From positions 1 to 58,198 of the forward strand of contig JAHFLO010000003.1 in the NCBI GenBank assembly GCA_023244855.1: DNA of 58,198 nucleotides, written 5' to 3'. How positions within the stretch are numbered: the first letter of the stretch is position 1; each line of letters opens with the position of its first letter. A model generated the notes under the pieces. It saw only the letters and a program-made list of their open reading frames with translations, searched no databases and was not told where the DNA came from. The position numbers and the translations under genes are program-made. This document shows, piece after piece, positions 35,190-44,094 of this stretch. This DNA comes from Candidatus Harrisonbacteria bacterium. Lineage in GTDB: Bacteria > Patescibacteriota > Minisyncoccia > UBA6257 > UBA11618.

Positions 35190-35959
35190 TTCTTTTTTTC
35201 TTGCGCGAACTACTCTATGCCATTCTCCTGATTTTTTCTTCGCGCCGACCCGACGGTGCCGCGCGCATACTCATGTACCATTCGGTCGGCGGATCCGGAC
35301 CAAAAGCGGTGTCGGTAAAGCAATTCCGTTTGCAGATGGCGTATCTTAAGAAGTATTTTCGCATAACCCCCCTTTTATCCTTATTCGATGCCGGTCAGGA
35401 TACTACGTTGGCATCCCGTGTTTGCATTACCTTCGATGACGGGTTTGCCGATACGTACGTCCATGCCGCCCCCATACTCGACGAATTAGGTATTCCCGCT
35501 ACGTTTTTTATTACCGCGGGGTATGTGGGAAGGGATCATCCCGTATTTTACGGGACAGAGCCGTGCATGTCCGCAGGGCAGCTTACCGATCTTGTCCGGC
35601 GAGGTCATGAACTGGGAGGACATACCGTGACGCATCCGAAGCTCGCCGGATTACCTGAGGAATCGGTCCGCGCGGAGCTTTCTGGTTCGAAGGCGTTCCT
35701 TAAGATATTTATCCAGTCTGAAGCGCCCGCTTTCGCTTATCCCAAAGGCAGTTATAATAGCATGGTGAAAAAGCTGGTATGCGAGGCCGGATTCGCTTGC
35801 GCGGTTACTGTCCGCGAGGGATCATGCCGCTTTACGGACGACCGCTTCGCGTTGCCGCGCATAGCGGTCGATGCGGGAACGGGCCCCATGCAATTCCGCG
35901 GAAAGCTTTCTTCGGCCCTGTATTCGTACGAGCGCATCAAAAAAATCCTATGCCGGTAA
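35186..35959 (+). CDS. polysaccharide deacetylase (NodB homology domain)
   Basis: ITFDDGFADTY (TFDDG motif), GGHTVTHP (HxxxH) and AYPKGSY. Confidence 0.85.
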   Translation: MILFFLRELLYAILLIFSSRRPDGAARILMYHSVGGSGPKAVSVKQFRLQMAYLKKYFRITPLLSLFDAGQDTTLASRVCITFDDGFADTYVHAAPILDELGIPATFFITAGYVGRDHPVFYGTEPCMSAGQLTDLVRRGHELGGHTVTHPKLAGLPEESVRAELSGSKAFLKIFIQSEAPAFAYPKGSYNSMVKKLVCEAGFACAVTVREGSCRFTDDRFALPRIAVDAGTGPMQFRGKLSSALYSYERIKKILCR

Positions 35960-36615
35960 AAAATGGCTGCGTAGAATTCGAAAACGGACGCTGGTCGCGC
36001 GGCAACCAAGACCCCGTCATGCGCCATCTCCTTGCCTTACCGTTCGTTCTTCGGGGGCCGGTTCTCGATGTTGGCGGAGGAGACGGCCTCTTTATGTCGC
36101 TTGCGCGGGATCGGTATGGGTTCGACGTGCGGGTTTTGGATATTTCTCCGGTTGCGGTGGGGATGGCGCGGCAGCGTGGCATAACGGCGGATACTTTCGA
36201 TATAACGAACGCATTACCTTTTAATGACGGAAGCTTCGGATCGGTTGTCGCCCTCGACGTTCTTGAACACGTATATGACCCCCTTTCGCTGCTCCGCGAA
36301 ATGGGGCGTGTGGGCAGCTCCGTCGTCGTCGCTGTCCCTAATTTCCATTTCATAGTCGGCCGCATCAGTATGGTTTTCGGCCGCATACCGTTCCAGTCGA
36401 AGCCGCGGCGGGGGCATGTTTATTGGTTCAATTATTACGTGCTATCGCGTATGGTGCGCGATGCGGGCATGCGTATCGAGCGGATTACCTACGGGCCGAT
36501 TGCGCGCTTGGGCGTTTTCGGCCGGATACTCGCCCGCCTCCTTCCCAATCTTTTTGCGGACAGTTTCGTCGTTCTGCTTGTCCGACATGACGAAAAACCG
36601 GTGTCTTTGAAATGA
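35950..36615 (+). CDS. class I SAM-dependent methyltransferase
   Basis: Start at ATG 35950. VLDVGGGDGLF motif I and DGSFGSVVALDVLEHV. Confidence 0.75.
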   Translation: MPVKNGCVEFENGRWSRGNQDPVMRHLLALPFVLRGPVLDVGGGDGLFMSLARDRYGFDVRVLDISPVAVGMARQRGITADTFDITNALPFNDGSFGSVVALDVLEHVYDPLSLLREMGRVGSSVVVAVPNFHFIVGRISMVFGRIPFQSKPRRGHVYWFNYYVLSRMVRDAGMRIERITYGPIARLGVFGRILARLLPNLFADSFVVLLVRHDEKPVSLK

Positions 36616-37802
36616 AATCAGGATCTCCGCATATCATATATATCGGCAACATCCGCTTGCCCACGGAAAAGGCGCACGGATACCAGATTATGAAAATGTG
36701 CGAAGCCCTTTCTTCGTGCGGCGCGGACGTCGAGCTTTGGCATCCGGCGCGCTTACAGGCGAATAAGGGGCTCCGCGGTACGGACGCGTTTGCGCAGTAC
36801 GGCGTGCGGCGTTCGTTTGCCCTCAGGAAAATTAGGAATATCGACATCGTCGTCCTGAACCGTTTCATTCCAGACGTTTTTTTCATGCCGTTTTTTCTCA
36901 TACACGCGCTCGTATGGGGATGGTACGTCGCGGGACGCGCGCGTAAGGCCGCCGCCGACGCCTATTATGCCCGCGACGACGAGGTCGCGTATTGGCTTCT
37001 TAGGCGCGGCATGCCGACCGTCTACGAAGCGCATGGCATTCCCCGCGGATGGAAGTATTGGATGTTGCGAAGTATTGCCCGTAGCCCGCAATTAGCGCTC
37101 GTTGTTGCAGTTACGGGTTTTTTGAAAGATGATCTCGTCCGTATAGGATTTCCGGCTGAAAAAATAATCGTATTACCCGATGCTGTGGATACGCAGGATT
37201 TTCCCGTGAATACGGACAAGCTTTCTTTGCGTAGGGAATTGGGCTTGCCAGCGGATAAAAAAATAGCAACGTATATGGGTAATTTCATGACCAAGGGTAT
37301 GACGAAGGGCGTCGAGACGGTCGTGGGAGCGGTTTCGCTTCTTGACGCTTCATGTGTGGTGGTGCTCGTCGGCGGTCAGCCGGACGAGCTTGCGGCCTAC
37401 GGCGAGCATGTCGAACGGAGCGGTCTACGGGAAAGGATTATTCTCGTTCCTTTTAAGCCGCATCGGGAGGCGATGCGGTATCTTACGGCATCGGACGCGC
37501 TTCTTATGCCATTTCCTTTGCATAACAGGCATTATCGGCTATATATGTCTCCGCTTAAGATGTTCGAGTATATGGCTTCTGGCGTGCCGATAGTCGCCTC
37601 GGACCTCCCGTCAATCCGAGAAGTGTTGTCGGCCGAAACAGCTGTCTTCGCCGCGCCGAGCGATGCGGTTTCCCTTGCCGCGGCTATTCGCCGGCTATTC
37701 GCTGAGCCCGAGGCGGCTCTGCGTCGTGCCCAGGCTGCACGCAAGACTGTCTTGCGTTATTCATGGCGAGCACGCGCCGCAACCGTGCTTGGTAGGTTAT
37801 GA
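36612..37802 (+). CDS. GT4-family glycosyltransferase
   Basis: IIYIGNIRLPTEKAHGYQI N-terminus and SPLKMFEYMASGVPIVASDLPSIREVL. Confidence 0.75.
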   Translation: MKSGSPHIIYIGNIRLPTEKAHGYQIMKMCEALSSCGADVELWHPARLQANKGLRGTDAFAQYGVRRSFALRKIRNIDIVVLNRFIPDVFFMPFFLIHALVWGWYVAGRARKAAADAYYARDDEVAYWLLRRGMPTVYEAHGIPRGWKYWMLRSIARSPQLALVVAVTGFLKDDLVRIGFPAEKIIVLPDAVDTQDFPVNTDKLSLRRELGLPADKKIATYMGNFMTKGMTKGVETVVGAVSLLDASCVVVLVGGQPDELAAYGEHVERSGLRERIILVPFKPHREAMRYLTASDALLMPFPLHNRHYRLYMSPLKMFEYMASGVPIVASDLPSIREVLSAETAVFAAPSDAVSLAAAIRRLFAEPEAALRRAQAARKTVLRYSWRARAATVLGRL

Positions 37803-38929
37803 GACATCTTCTCTTTATCAGCACCACCCTTCGGCCCGATAGCGGTTACGGCAGCCTTACTCGGAACCACTGCGACGCCTTCTATGATAAGGGTGTTCCA
37901 TTTACACTTCTCCTGCCGCATACTGCGGAACGGGCGATTGTGCCGTATGCGACGCAGGTCCGGTATGTCTTGCCTAATCTACCGCTTAATTTCGGCGCGT
38001 TGCCCGATTTACCTAAACTCCGCCATTTTTACGCTAGCGTCCGGTGGGAATGCGCTGCTTCTACGCTCATGCATTCCTTGCTCGATTTTCCCTACGCCGC
38101 GCTCGGGTTCCGCATGGCGCGCACGCGGCGCATCCCGTTCTTTTTTTCCGCGCTCGGTACGTATTCGGTAGCCCCTTTCGGACGTCGCATCGACCGCGCG
38201 TTGTTCATGCCGGCGTACCGCGGCGCGCGGCGCATCTTTGCCATAAGCGATTTCACCGCGGAGGCGATGCAGGCAGCCGCGGGAGAGGAGCGGCATATTG
38301 ATACGGTGCGGTTGCCCGCGCCCCCGCCAACGCCTTCCGTCTCCCGTTCTTTCTCTTGGCTTCCGTCTTCGGCGCGCGTCATTCTTTCAGTTGGACCTTT
38401 GAAGGAGCGGAAGGGAATGGACGTGCTGGTGCGGGCTATGCCGGCTATCGTCCGGCTGCTGCCCGACGCGCATCTCGTGATAGCCGCCGCATATGGCGAT
38501 GAGCGGCCGTATCGCGCTCTCGCTGAGGAAGGCGGCGTCGCGGGCAACGTGCATATCGTCCGGAATCCTTCCGCGGATGAGCTTGGGGCACTCTTCGCCC
38601 GCGCCGACCTTTTTTCGATGACGCCGCGCTCCGTAGACAGCGAATTCGAGGGGTATGGTCTCGTCTATGGCGAGGCGGGGTGGTATCGCCTGCCGGTCGT
38701 CGCTTCCCGTTCGGGTGGCGTTCCCGAGGCCGTGCTAGACGGCGAAACGGGCATCTTGGTTCCCGAAAATGATCCTTGCGTCACTGCGCAGGCGATTATT
38801 TCAGTTCTTCGCGACGAGCGGCTTGCGCGGCGTTTAGGGGATGCCGGTTATGCTCATGCATCTCGCCGCACGACGGCCCGTTATGCCGAAGAGCTTCTTG
38901 CCTTATATGAGGCGCCATACCAGCCATAG
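37799..38929 (+). CDS. GT4-family glycosyltransferase
   Basis: EFEGYGLVYGEAGWYRLPVVASRSGGVPEAV (EX7E region). It overlaps the previous gene by 4 nt. Confidence 0.75.
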   Translation: MRHLLFISTTLRPDSGYGSLTRNHCDAFYDKGVPFTLLLPHTAERAIVPYATQVRYVLPNLPLNFGALPDLPKLRHFYASVRWECAASTLMHSLLDFPYAALGFRMARTRRIPFFFSALGTYSVAPFGRRIDRALFMPAYRGARRIFAISDFTAEAMQAAAGEERHIDTVRLPAPPPTPSVSRSFSWLPSSARVILSVGPLKERKGMDVLVRAMPAIVRLLPDAHLVIAAAYGDERPYRALAEEGGVAGNVHIVRNPSADELGALFARADLFSMTPRSVDSEFEGYGLVYGEAGWYRLPVVASRSGGVPEAVLDGETGILVPENDPCVTAQAIISVLRDERLARRLGDAGYAHASRRTTARYAEELLALYEAPYQP

Positions 38930-40090
38930 GGCGATCACGGCGTTCGCGAAACGGGCGAGGATCCGGGCGCTTACCGCGCCTAGTATTCCAAGGGGCGGTA
39001 TGAGAATAAGTGAGAAAATGAAGATCGTCGACGTTCCTGCACCAGTAAGGATAATCGAGCCTTTTTTATGCAGGAGGCCGTCTAAGGCGGACTCGGCTAG
39101 GTGGGCGGGAAAGGCGAGGAATGATATGGCAAGTAACTGGGAAAATGGCGCGGCTTCTGGATAGATAGGGAAAACAAGTCGGAAAAATGTTGGCGCTGCG
39201 AGGACATATGCTAGGGCGCAGGCGAAGGCGATAAGCGTCGCCTGTATGAGTCGGGAGGTAAGCATCTTTCGTACGGCGCCTTTTTCCATTATCGCGATGC
39301 GCGCGGCCGAGAGGACGCCGAGATTCTTCACGAGGCCCTTTATCGCTTCCGGGGCTATGCGGGCGATACCGTAGACGGCTACCTCGCGCGGCTCGAGGAA
39401 CGCATTGAGTAAGAGGATGTCGGCGTAATTTGCCGTCCATGCGACGCTTTCGATCCAGCTCGTCTTTTTGCCGAACGACAGCGCCTCGTAGCTTACGGTC
39501 CCGCTCTGCGCTACGGGGCTCGTTGATGCGCGGTACGCCCATAATCCGGTCGTCGCTGCCCCCGCGCAGGAAATAGCGAATACGAGCGGCGCGGCATACG
39601 CCGGAAAAACGAGTCCGGCGATTACGAACGCGCTTGCCGCGGCGAACGATGCTCCGAGGGAATGCGCGGCATACGCCCGTACGCTTCCCGTTCCCACGCA
39701 ATACGCCTCGTAGAAGCCGCTGATCGCGGAGGGAGCGAAGAATGGGATACTTACGGCGATAGCGGTTGCGAGACCATATCGTCCGGTTACGGCGTAATAG
39801 ACAGCGGTGGCGAGGAGTCCGATCATGCCGTATCTTGCCCTGCGGAATACGGCGGCGGCGGCGAGGGGGAACGTGCCGTATGCCTTGCGCGCGGCGGCCG
39901 TAACGAGCGCGGCAGGCATATTCGGGTATGCGGCGAGCGCAGCTATGGATGCGAATGTTCCCGCAACCTGATATTCTCCGAAGGCCGCCTTCGGCACGAT
40001 ACGCGCGACCACGGCGTATGCGGCAAGCATTAAGAGACCTCCTCCTGTGGAGGCTATGCTCATATATATCCCCTTCCGCGCAAGATTCAT
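38903..40090 (-). CDS. Wzx-like oligosaccharide flippase (polysaccharide biosynthesis / MOP-type membrane protein)
   Basis: ~12 TM helices. The N-terminal VARIVPKAAFGEYQVAGTF resembles the AR.LGP..FG.Y motif of Polysacc_synt proteins. Confidence 0.55.
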   Translation of the reverse strand: MNLARKGIYMSIASTGGGLLMLAAYAVVARIVPKAAFGEYQVAGTFASIAALAAYPNMPAALVTAAARKAYGTFPLAAAAVFRRARYGMIGLLATAVYYAVTGRYGLATAIAVSIPFFAPSAISGFYEAYCVGTGSVRAYAAHSLGASFAAASAFVIAGLVFPAYAAPLVFAISCAGAATTGLWAYRASTSPVAQSGTVSYEALSFGKKTSWIESVAWTANYADILLLNAFLEPREVAVYGIARIAPEAIKGLVKNLGVLSAARIAIMEKGAVRKMLTSRLIQATLIAFACALAYVLAAPTFFRLVFPIYPEAAPFSQLLAISFLAFPAHLAESALDGLLHKKGSIILTGAGTSTIFIFSLILIPPLGILGAVSARILARFANAVIALWLVWRLI

Positions 40091-40944
40091 GGCGTTTTCT
40101 CGAGTACGGCTATACTACCGTACCCGCATTCGCGGAAAACGGGAGCCGCTCTATACTTCTCGAGCTGGCGGGCAAGAGGAAGGAGGCTTGTAAAGTACGG
40201 GAAGCATAAACTCGAAGCTTCGAACCGGCGGATGCGGAAGCCGCCATCCCGCAGCTGCTTCCGCATAACATGCGGGTAGCGCCATACGTGAGGCAGCGTC
40301 TCGTCGCCGCGGTACCCCTCATCAATCCCTACGCCTCCCGCGTTCAGGAGTATCCTACCGAGTCCCACGAACCATGCGAATGGGGATCGGCGGGAGGCTG
40401 TCCAAAAAACGTCGCCGCCCAGGATGACGGCGGCGCATGGATTGAGGCACGTAGGCATCGCTATGACGGCGTTCGCTTTTGTGACGCGCCGTATTTCCGC
40501 AAGGCCTGTCTCGAAGCTTGGTAGGTGTTCAAGCACGTGCGAGCTCGTCACCCAGTCGAACGAGTCGGCGGGAAACGGAAGGTTCTCTGCGTCAGCTGTA
40601 AGGAATCGTATCGCATTTCCCACGCCGGCTTTTTCCGCATGCTGGCGTGCTTTCAGGATATTAACTTCCGAGATATCGCATGCGGTGACGAGGGCGCCTT
40701 TTTTCGCGAGCATGATCGCGAGTGTGCCGTCCCCACAGCCTGCGTCGAGAACCGTCGCGCCTGCCGGAATATGTGCTGCGATTGCCACGTATTCCGTCTC
40801 GTGGGCATATTTCCATAAGGCAAAATGGTTTTTCGTCCCGCTTGCGATACTTGATTCTTCTCGCTTGCGATATGTTTCCTTGATCGCCTGCCCGTTTTCC
40901 TTGCCTTTATTTGCGTTCATATCTGCGGCTCGCTCGTCTTCCAT
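40087..40944 (-). CDS. class I SAM-dependent methyltransferase
   Basis: VLDAGCGDGTLAIMLAKKGALVTACDIS motif I and FDWVTSSHVLEHL. Confidence 0.75.
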   Translation of the reverse strand: MEDERAADMNANKGKENGQAIKETYRKREESSIASGTKNHFALWKYAHETEYVAIAAHIPAGATVLDAGCGDGTLAIMLAKKGALVTACDISEVNILKARQHAEKAGVGNAIRFLTADAENLPFPADSFDWVTSSHVLEHLPSFETGLAEIRRVTKANAVIAMPTCLNPCAAVILGGDVFWTASRRSPFAWFVGLGRILLNAGGVGIDEGYRGDETLPHVWRYPHVMRKQLRDGGFRIRRFEASSLCFPYFTSLLPLARQLEKYRAAPVFRECGYGSIAVLEKTP

Positions 40945-40995
40945 TGGCTCGTGGGCGATAAGGACGGTCTCGCCGTAGCTGACTGCTTTCGTCTT

Positions 40996-41571
40996 TCATT
41001 GGACTGCTTCGCGATCGAACTCGATCTCGTACACGCCTATCCAGTCTTTTGCCGCTTTTGCCTTAAGCCGTAGGGCAACGGCGGAAAACGGATCTTCGAT
41101 GCGCGTTATTTCTTCGTTGGGAAATCCTCCTTTCGCAATTACGCGCCATTCTTTTCCGTTCGATGTTGCTTCGAGGGACCAGTCGTTCACGTAGTTATTA
41201 CTTATGCCGAAATTACGCCAATGGATCCGTGTTTCGCGAACGTTGTAGGGACCGGAAAAAACAATTGTATAATCAAGCTTATCGTTGCCCGGCGCGGCCA
41301 TATTTGATAGCGATCCGTCGACGAGCGCTTGCGCCCCGTTGCCGCGAGCTATACTGTATTCGGGTGATTCGAAGGTATTGCTCGTGACTTCTATTTTGTC
41401 GGGGGTGGTAATGGCTAATTTTTCCGGAACGATCCTGCTCATTATGCAGAATATTCGCGGCAGACGTTCACTTACGCACCACGAGGAGGCCCTGACACTG
41501 AAAACGATGCTGAGCGCGGCAAATCCCAAAACAACGAGACCGCCGTATAGGATTTTTTCGAGTGCACCCAT
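40996..41571 (-). CDS. membrane-anchored protein with a discoidin / F5-8 type C-like carbohydrate-binding domain
   Basis: N-terminal TM helix. The C-terminal ~130 aa show the pattern ...VRETRIHWRN...NDWSLEATSNGKEWRVIA...ALRLKAKA...IGVYEIEF, typical of galactose-binding-domain-like folds. Tentative. Confidence 0.4.
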   Translation of the reverse strand: MGALEKILYGGLVVLGFAALSIVFSVRASSWCVSERLPRIFCIMSRIVPEKLAITTPDKIEVTSNTFESPEYSIARGNGAQALVDGSLSNMAAPGNDKLDYTIVFSGPYNVRETRIHWRNFGISNNYVNDWSLEATSNGKEWRVIAKGGFPNEEITRIEDPFSAVALRLKAKAAKDWIGVYEIEFDREAVQ

Positions 41572-41611
41572 TTGATAGTATGGTAGCCGAACCGGCAGTG
41601 CCGTGCAATTC

Positions 41612-42142
41612 TTAAAAAATAAACCGTGTTATGCCGTTTTTTAGTATCGCGTATTTTTCTTCCACTGACGTCGCTTTTAAAAGTATGACCTCCATGTTTG
41701 CTAAGGGCTCTCTAGAGTTGGCTCTGCAGGGCGTTTGAAATGTAAGGGTGGTATAGGTGCCGTTGGAGCGGGGTGTCCGGCGTATGGCGCAAAAAAATCC
41801 TTTTTTGCTTTCTTCTACCCACATGACACCGAGAATTCCCTTATTCGTATCATAGAGCCTAAAAGGGCTTATGGTTCCGTTATTTTCAATGCCTACTATA
41901 TCGCCCATCGTGATAACCTCCTTTGTTTTTTTGGAGAATATAACGAGCTCGTACCAAAAAGAGAGGGGTTGTATGCTATTAAATGCTAGGGGGATGTTTT
42001 TTTGATCTTTTATTTTAAGGTTGATTGTCCGCGGATATGCTGGGCCAGCTATCGGCATCACGGCTCCTTGGAGGCTCAGCGTCGCATAGACGAAGCCGAG
42101 GGTAATAGCCATGGATGCGAAAACCGCTGTTTTATGCCGCAT
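41612..42142 (-). CDS. small N-terminally anchored protein, paralog B of the duplicated module
   Basis: Trimmed to Met45 (ATG 42140-42142), overlapping the upstream gene by 11 nt. It has one TM helix plus a ~150-aa soluble domain. It shares LQG, F(G/L)(L/V)..., and (L/M)E(I/V)(T/I)LL(R/K)(P/A)T segments with 43564-44094. Confidence 0.5.
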   Translation of the reverse strand: MRHKTAVFASMAITLGFVYATLSLQGAVMPIAGPAYPRTINLKIKDQKNIPLAFNSIQPLSFWYELVIFSKKTKEVITMGDIVGIENNGTISPFRLYDTNKGILGVMWVEESKKGFFCAIRRTPRSNGTYTTLTFQTPCRANSREPLANMEVILLKATSVEEKYAILKNGITRFIF

Positions 42143-43571
42143 ATGTTTTTTTATCGCGCATAGCCATATACGTAATTGCCGTAAGTGCCAGTATAGCTCC
42201 GTAGGAATATGCGATATCTGTATTTTCGGGAATATAGGAAGTGAATTGCCATAAGAAAAGCGCTCCCGTTGCAACTACGAACGCTCCTGTAGCGATAAAA
42301 AACGCTTTTTTGGGCCGTAATGCGAAAATGGCAAACGGCGCGGCAATGGACGAGAGATAGGGGGAGCTCACTATGAGGATTCCTCCGTATACGAGGATAT
42401 AATGTGCTCCTGCCGCGAGCAGTCCTGCAAGGAGTATAGGGGGTGCGGACGGCGTCGCTAAGAGTCCCATGAGCGTGCTTGCAAGAAGCATCGGTCGATG
42501 GGAAGAAAAATACGCTGATGCCGATCCGGCTTCTAGGATGCCGCATGCTGCCGCTACGGCAAGCGGCGCCATAACCAGTGTAAGGGTGTAATACCCTTTT
42601 TTATTTTCAGGATTTTTTTCGCGCGATCGCCGCCATACGAAAACACCGAAGAGTAGTGCAAGGGCGGATACTGATGCGATAAAAAGCGGCACCCCGTATA
42701 TAGTGTCCGGTAGCGCAATTTGCGGGAAGGTGTTCATAAAGAATGGCTTGTCGTTTCTAAAACGAAGATATTCCATTGAGTGCCATATGCCGGCAAGGGC
42801 AGCAATGAATATGCCGATACGGCTTTCAGAAGAAAAAAAACGTTTTTCGGTAACGGCTTTGAAAAGGGAATGCGAAAAGAAAACGGCGACGGCGAACGAT
42901 GCTATCCATTGTTCCGAAAAAAGCGCGGCCGCGAAAAATCCCTCTTGTAAAAATGGGATATTTTTTTTGCCGTTTTCCTGCCGCGCGGTAAAGAGTAACC
43001 AGAGGAGAATAAAAGGCATTCCCGCCACAAATTTCATTCCTTGGGTAAAGGGCACGAGGCGGTAAGAAAAAACGAATGCGTATGCGCCAAGGAGCGCCGT
43101 TCCCGCCGAGCCCGTTATTTCTTTACCTAGGATTAAAAGAGCTATGAGTGCGATAACCCTGCTTATGAGCCCGATAAGAATAAGGATCTCCCCTTCGGCA
43201 TTTTCTCCTTTTATGAAAAATGCCGCGAACCGTGCTTCGGCGGGCAATACAAGCATCGGTGCTGTACGGATAAGGGGCGCTGTCGTTACGCCTTGGTAAA
43301 TGGCCGCGTCATGGAAATCGCCGTAGAACTCGACTGCACGCGCAGCCGAGGGGTATGCGGCGATTGTAAATCCTCCGATTTCAAAGAGTATGAGAAATAA
43401 GAAGAGGATGGTGTTTACAGTTTTTCCTGCGAAGTATTTTTTACAATAAGGTGCTGCAATTAATGCTCCGGCGGAAAAAATCCCGATCGCGATACCCGCA
43501 GACCCGAGATCTTTGCCTAGATACCACATAAGACCCCCCCCGAAAAAGGCTATAAGGCTGTTTTTAACCAT
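42132..43571 (-). CDS. polytopic membrane protein, paralog B (uncharacterised family)
   Basis: 479 aa, ~12-14 TM helices. It shares FYGDFH, LISRV, FSY.L.PFTQG(M/L)KFV.G.PF and FSEQW with 44078-45556. Confidence 0.6.
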   Translation of the reverse strand: MVKNSLIAFFGGGLMWYLGKDLGSAGIAIGIFSAGALIAAPYCKKYFAGKTVNTILFLFLILFEIGGFTIAAYPSAARAVEFYGDFHDAAIYQGVTTAPLIRTAPMLVLPAEARFAAFFIKGENAEGEILILIGLISRVIALIALLILGKEITGSAGTALLGAYAFVFSYRLVPFTQGMKFVAGMPFILLWLLFTARQENGKKNIPFLQEGFFAAALFSEQWIASFAVAVFFSHSLFKAVTEKRFFSSESRIGIFIAALAGIWHSMEYLRFRNDKPFFMNTFPQIALPDTIYGVPLFIASVSALALLFGVFVWRRSREKNPENKKGYYTLTLVMAPLAVAAACGILEAGSASAYFSSHRPMLLASTLMGLLATPSAPPILLAGLLAAGAHYILVYGGILIVSSPYLSSIAAPFAIFALRPKKAFFIATGAFVVATGALFLWQFTSYIPENTDIAYSYGAILALTAITYMAMRDKKTYAA

Positions 43572-44094
43572 AGAGATTTTTTTTGAGCGTACGTAGTTTT
43601 TCCTTAAATCCAGTCGGGCGCAGGAGGGTTATTTCGAGAGATGATAAGGATGCTGTTTCGGGTATGGCGCAGTCGGAGTCTATTTTTGGCAGCGCGCTCT
43701 CCCTTGTTTTCGTTATCCAACATGCGTATTTAGCGTTCGTTGCGGCATCGGTTGCCGTAAGTAAGCCGAACCGCCTTCCTTCCGTATTATAATAAGAGAA
43801 AATTTTTATGTGGGGAATGAAGAACTGCACGAGGTTGCTCCGTTTCACGGCGGACTTCGTCCGTATTCGGTACCGTTCGTACGAAAAATAAAAATAATCA
43901 TCCGGCCGCTTTCGTTCCATCGGCATCCAATTACCATCCTCATCTCGTATGTGCATGCTTTCGGGTGGCGGGAGAGAAGCGTAGCCGAAAAGCGCGGATC
44001 CTTGCAGTGCGCAATTAACCGCTATTGCAATGGCCGTTACGGCGCAGGATGCGGCGATTATGGCGAATAGGAAATTTTTAAACGGTAGGTTCAT
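43564..44094 (-). CDS. small N-terminally anchored protein, paralog A of the duplicated module
   Basis: 176 aa with one TM helix and a soluble domain. It overlaps its neighbours by 8 nt and 17 nt. Confidence 0.55.
   Translation of the reverse strand: MNLPFKNFLFAIIAASCAVTAIAIAVNCALQGSALFGYASLPPPESMHIRDEDGNWMPMERKRPDDYFYFSYERYRIRTKSAVKRSNLVQFFIPHIKIFSYYNTEGRRFGLLTATDAATNAKYACWITKTRESALPKIDSDCAIPETASLSSLEITLLRPTGFKEKLRTLKKNLYG

Noticed and set aside
39066-39701. 211-aa Arg-rich ORF and other long alternative-frame ORFs inside the GC-rich glycan locus (for example 38092-38547, 35937-36386, 40424-40978, 31028-31483).
   Set aside because: All overlap motif-bearing genes in other frames. Their composition (Arg/Pro/Ser/Gly-rich, no hydrophobic core pattern) is what high-GC shadow frames produce.
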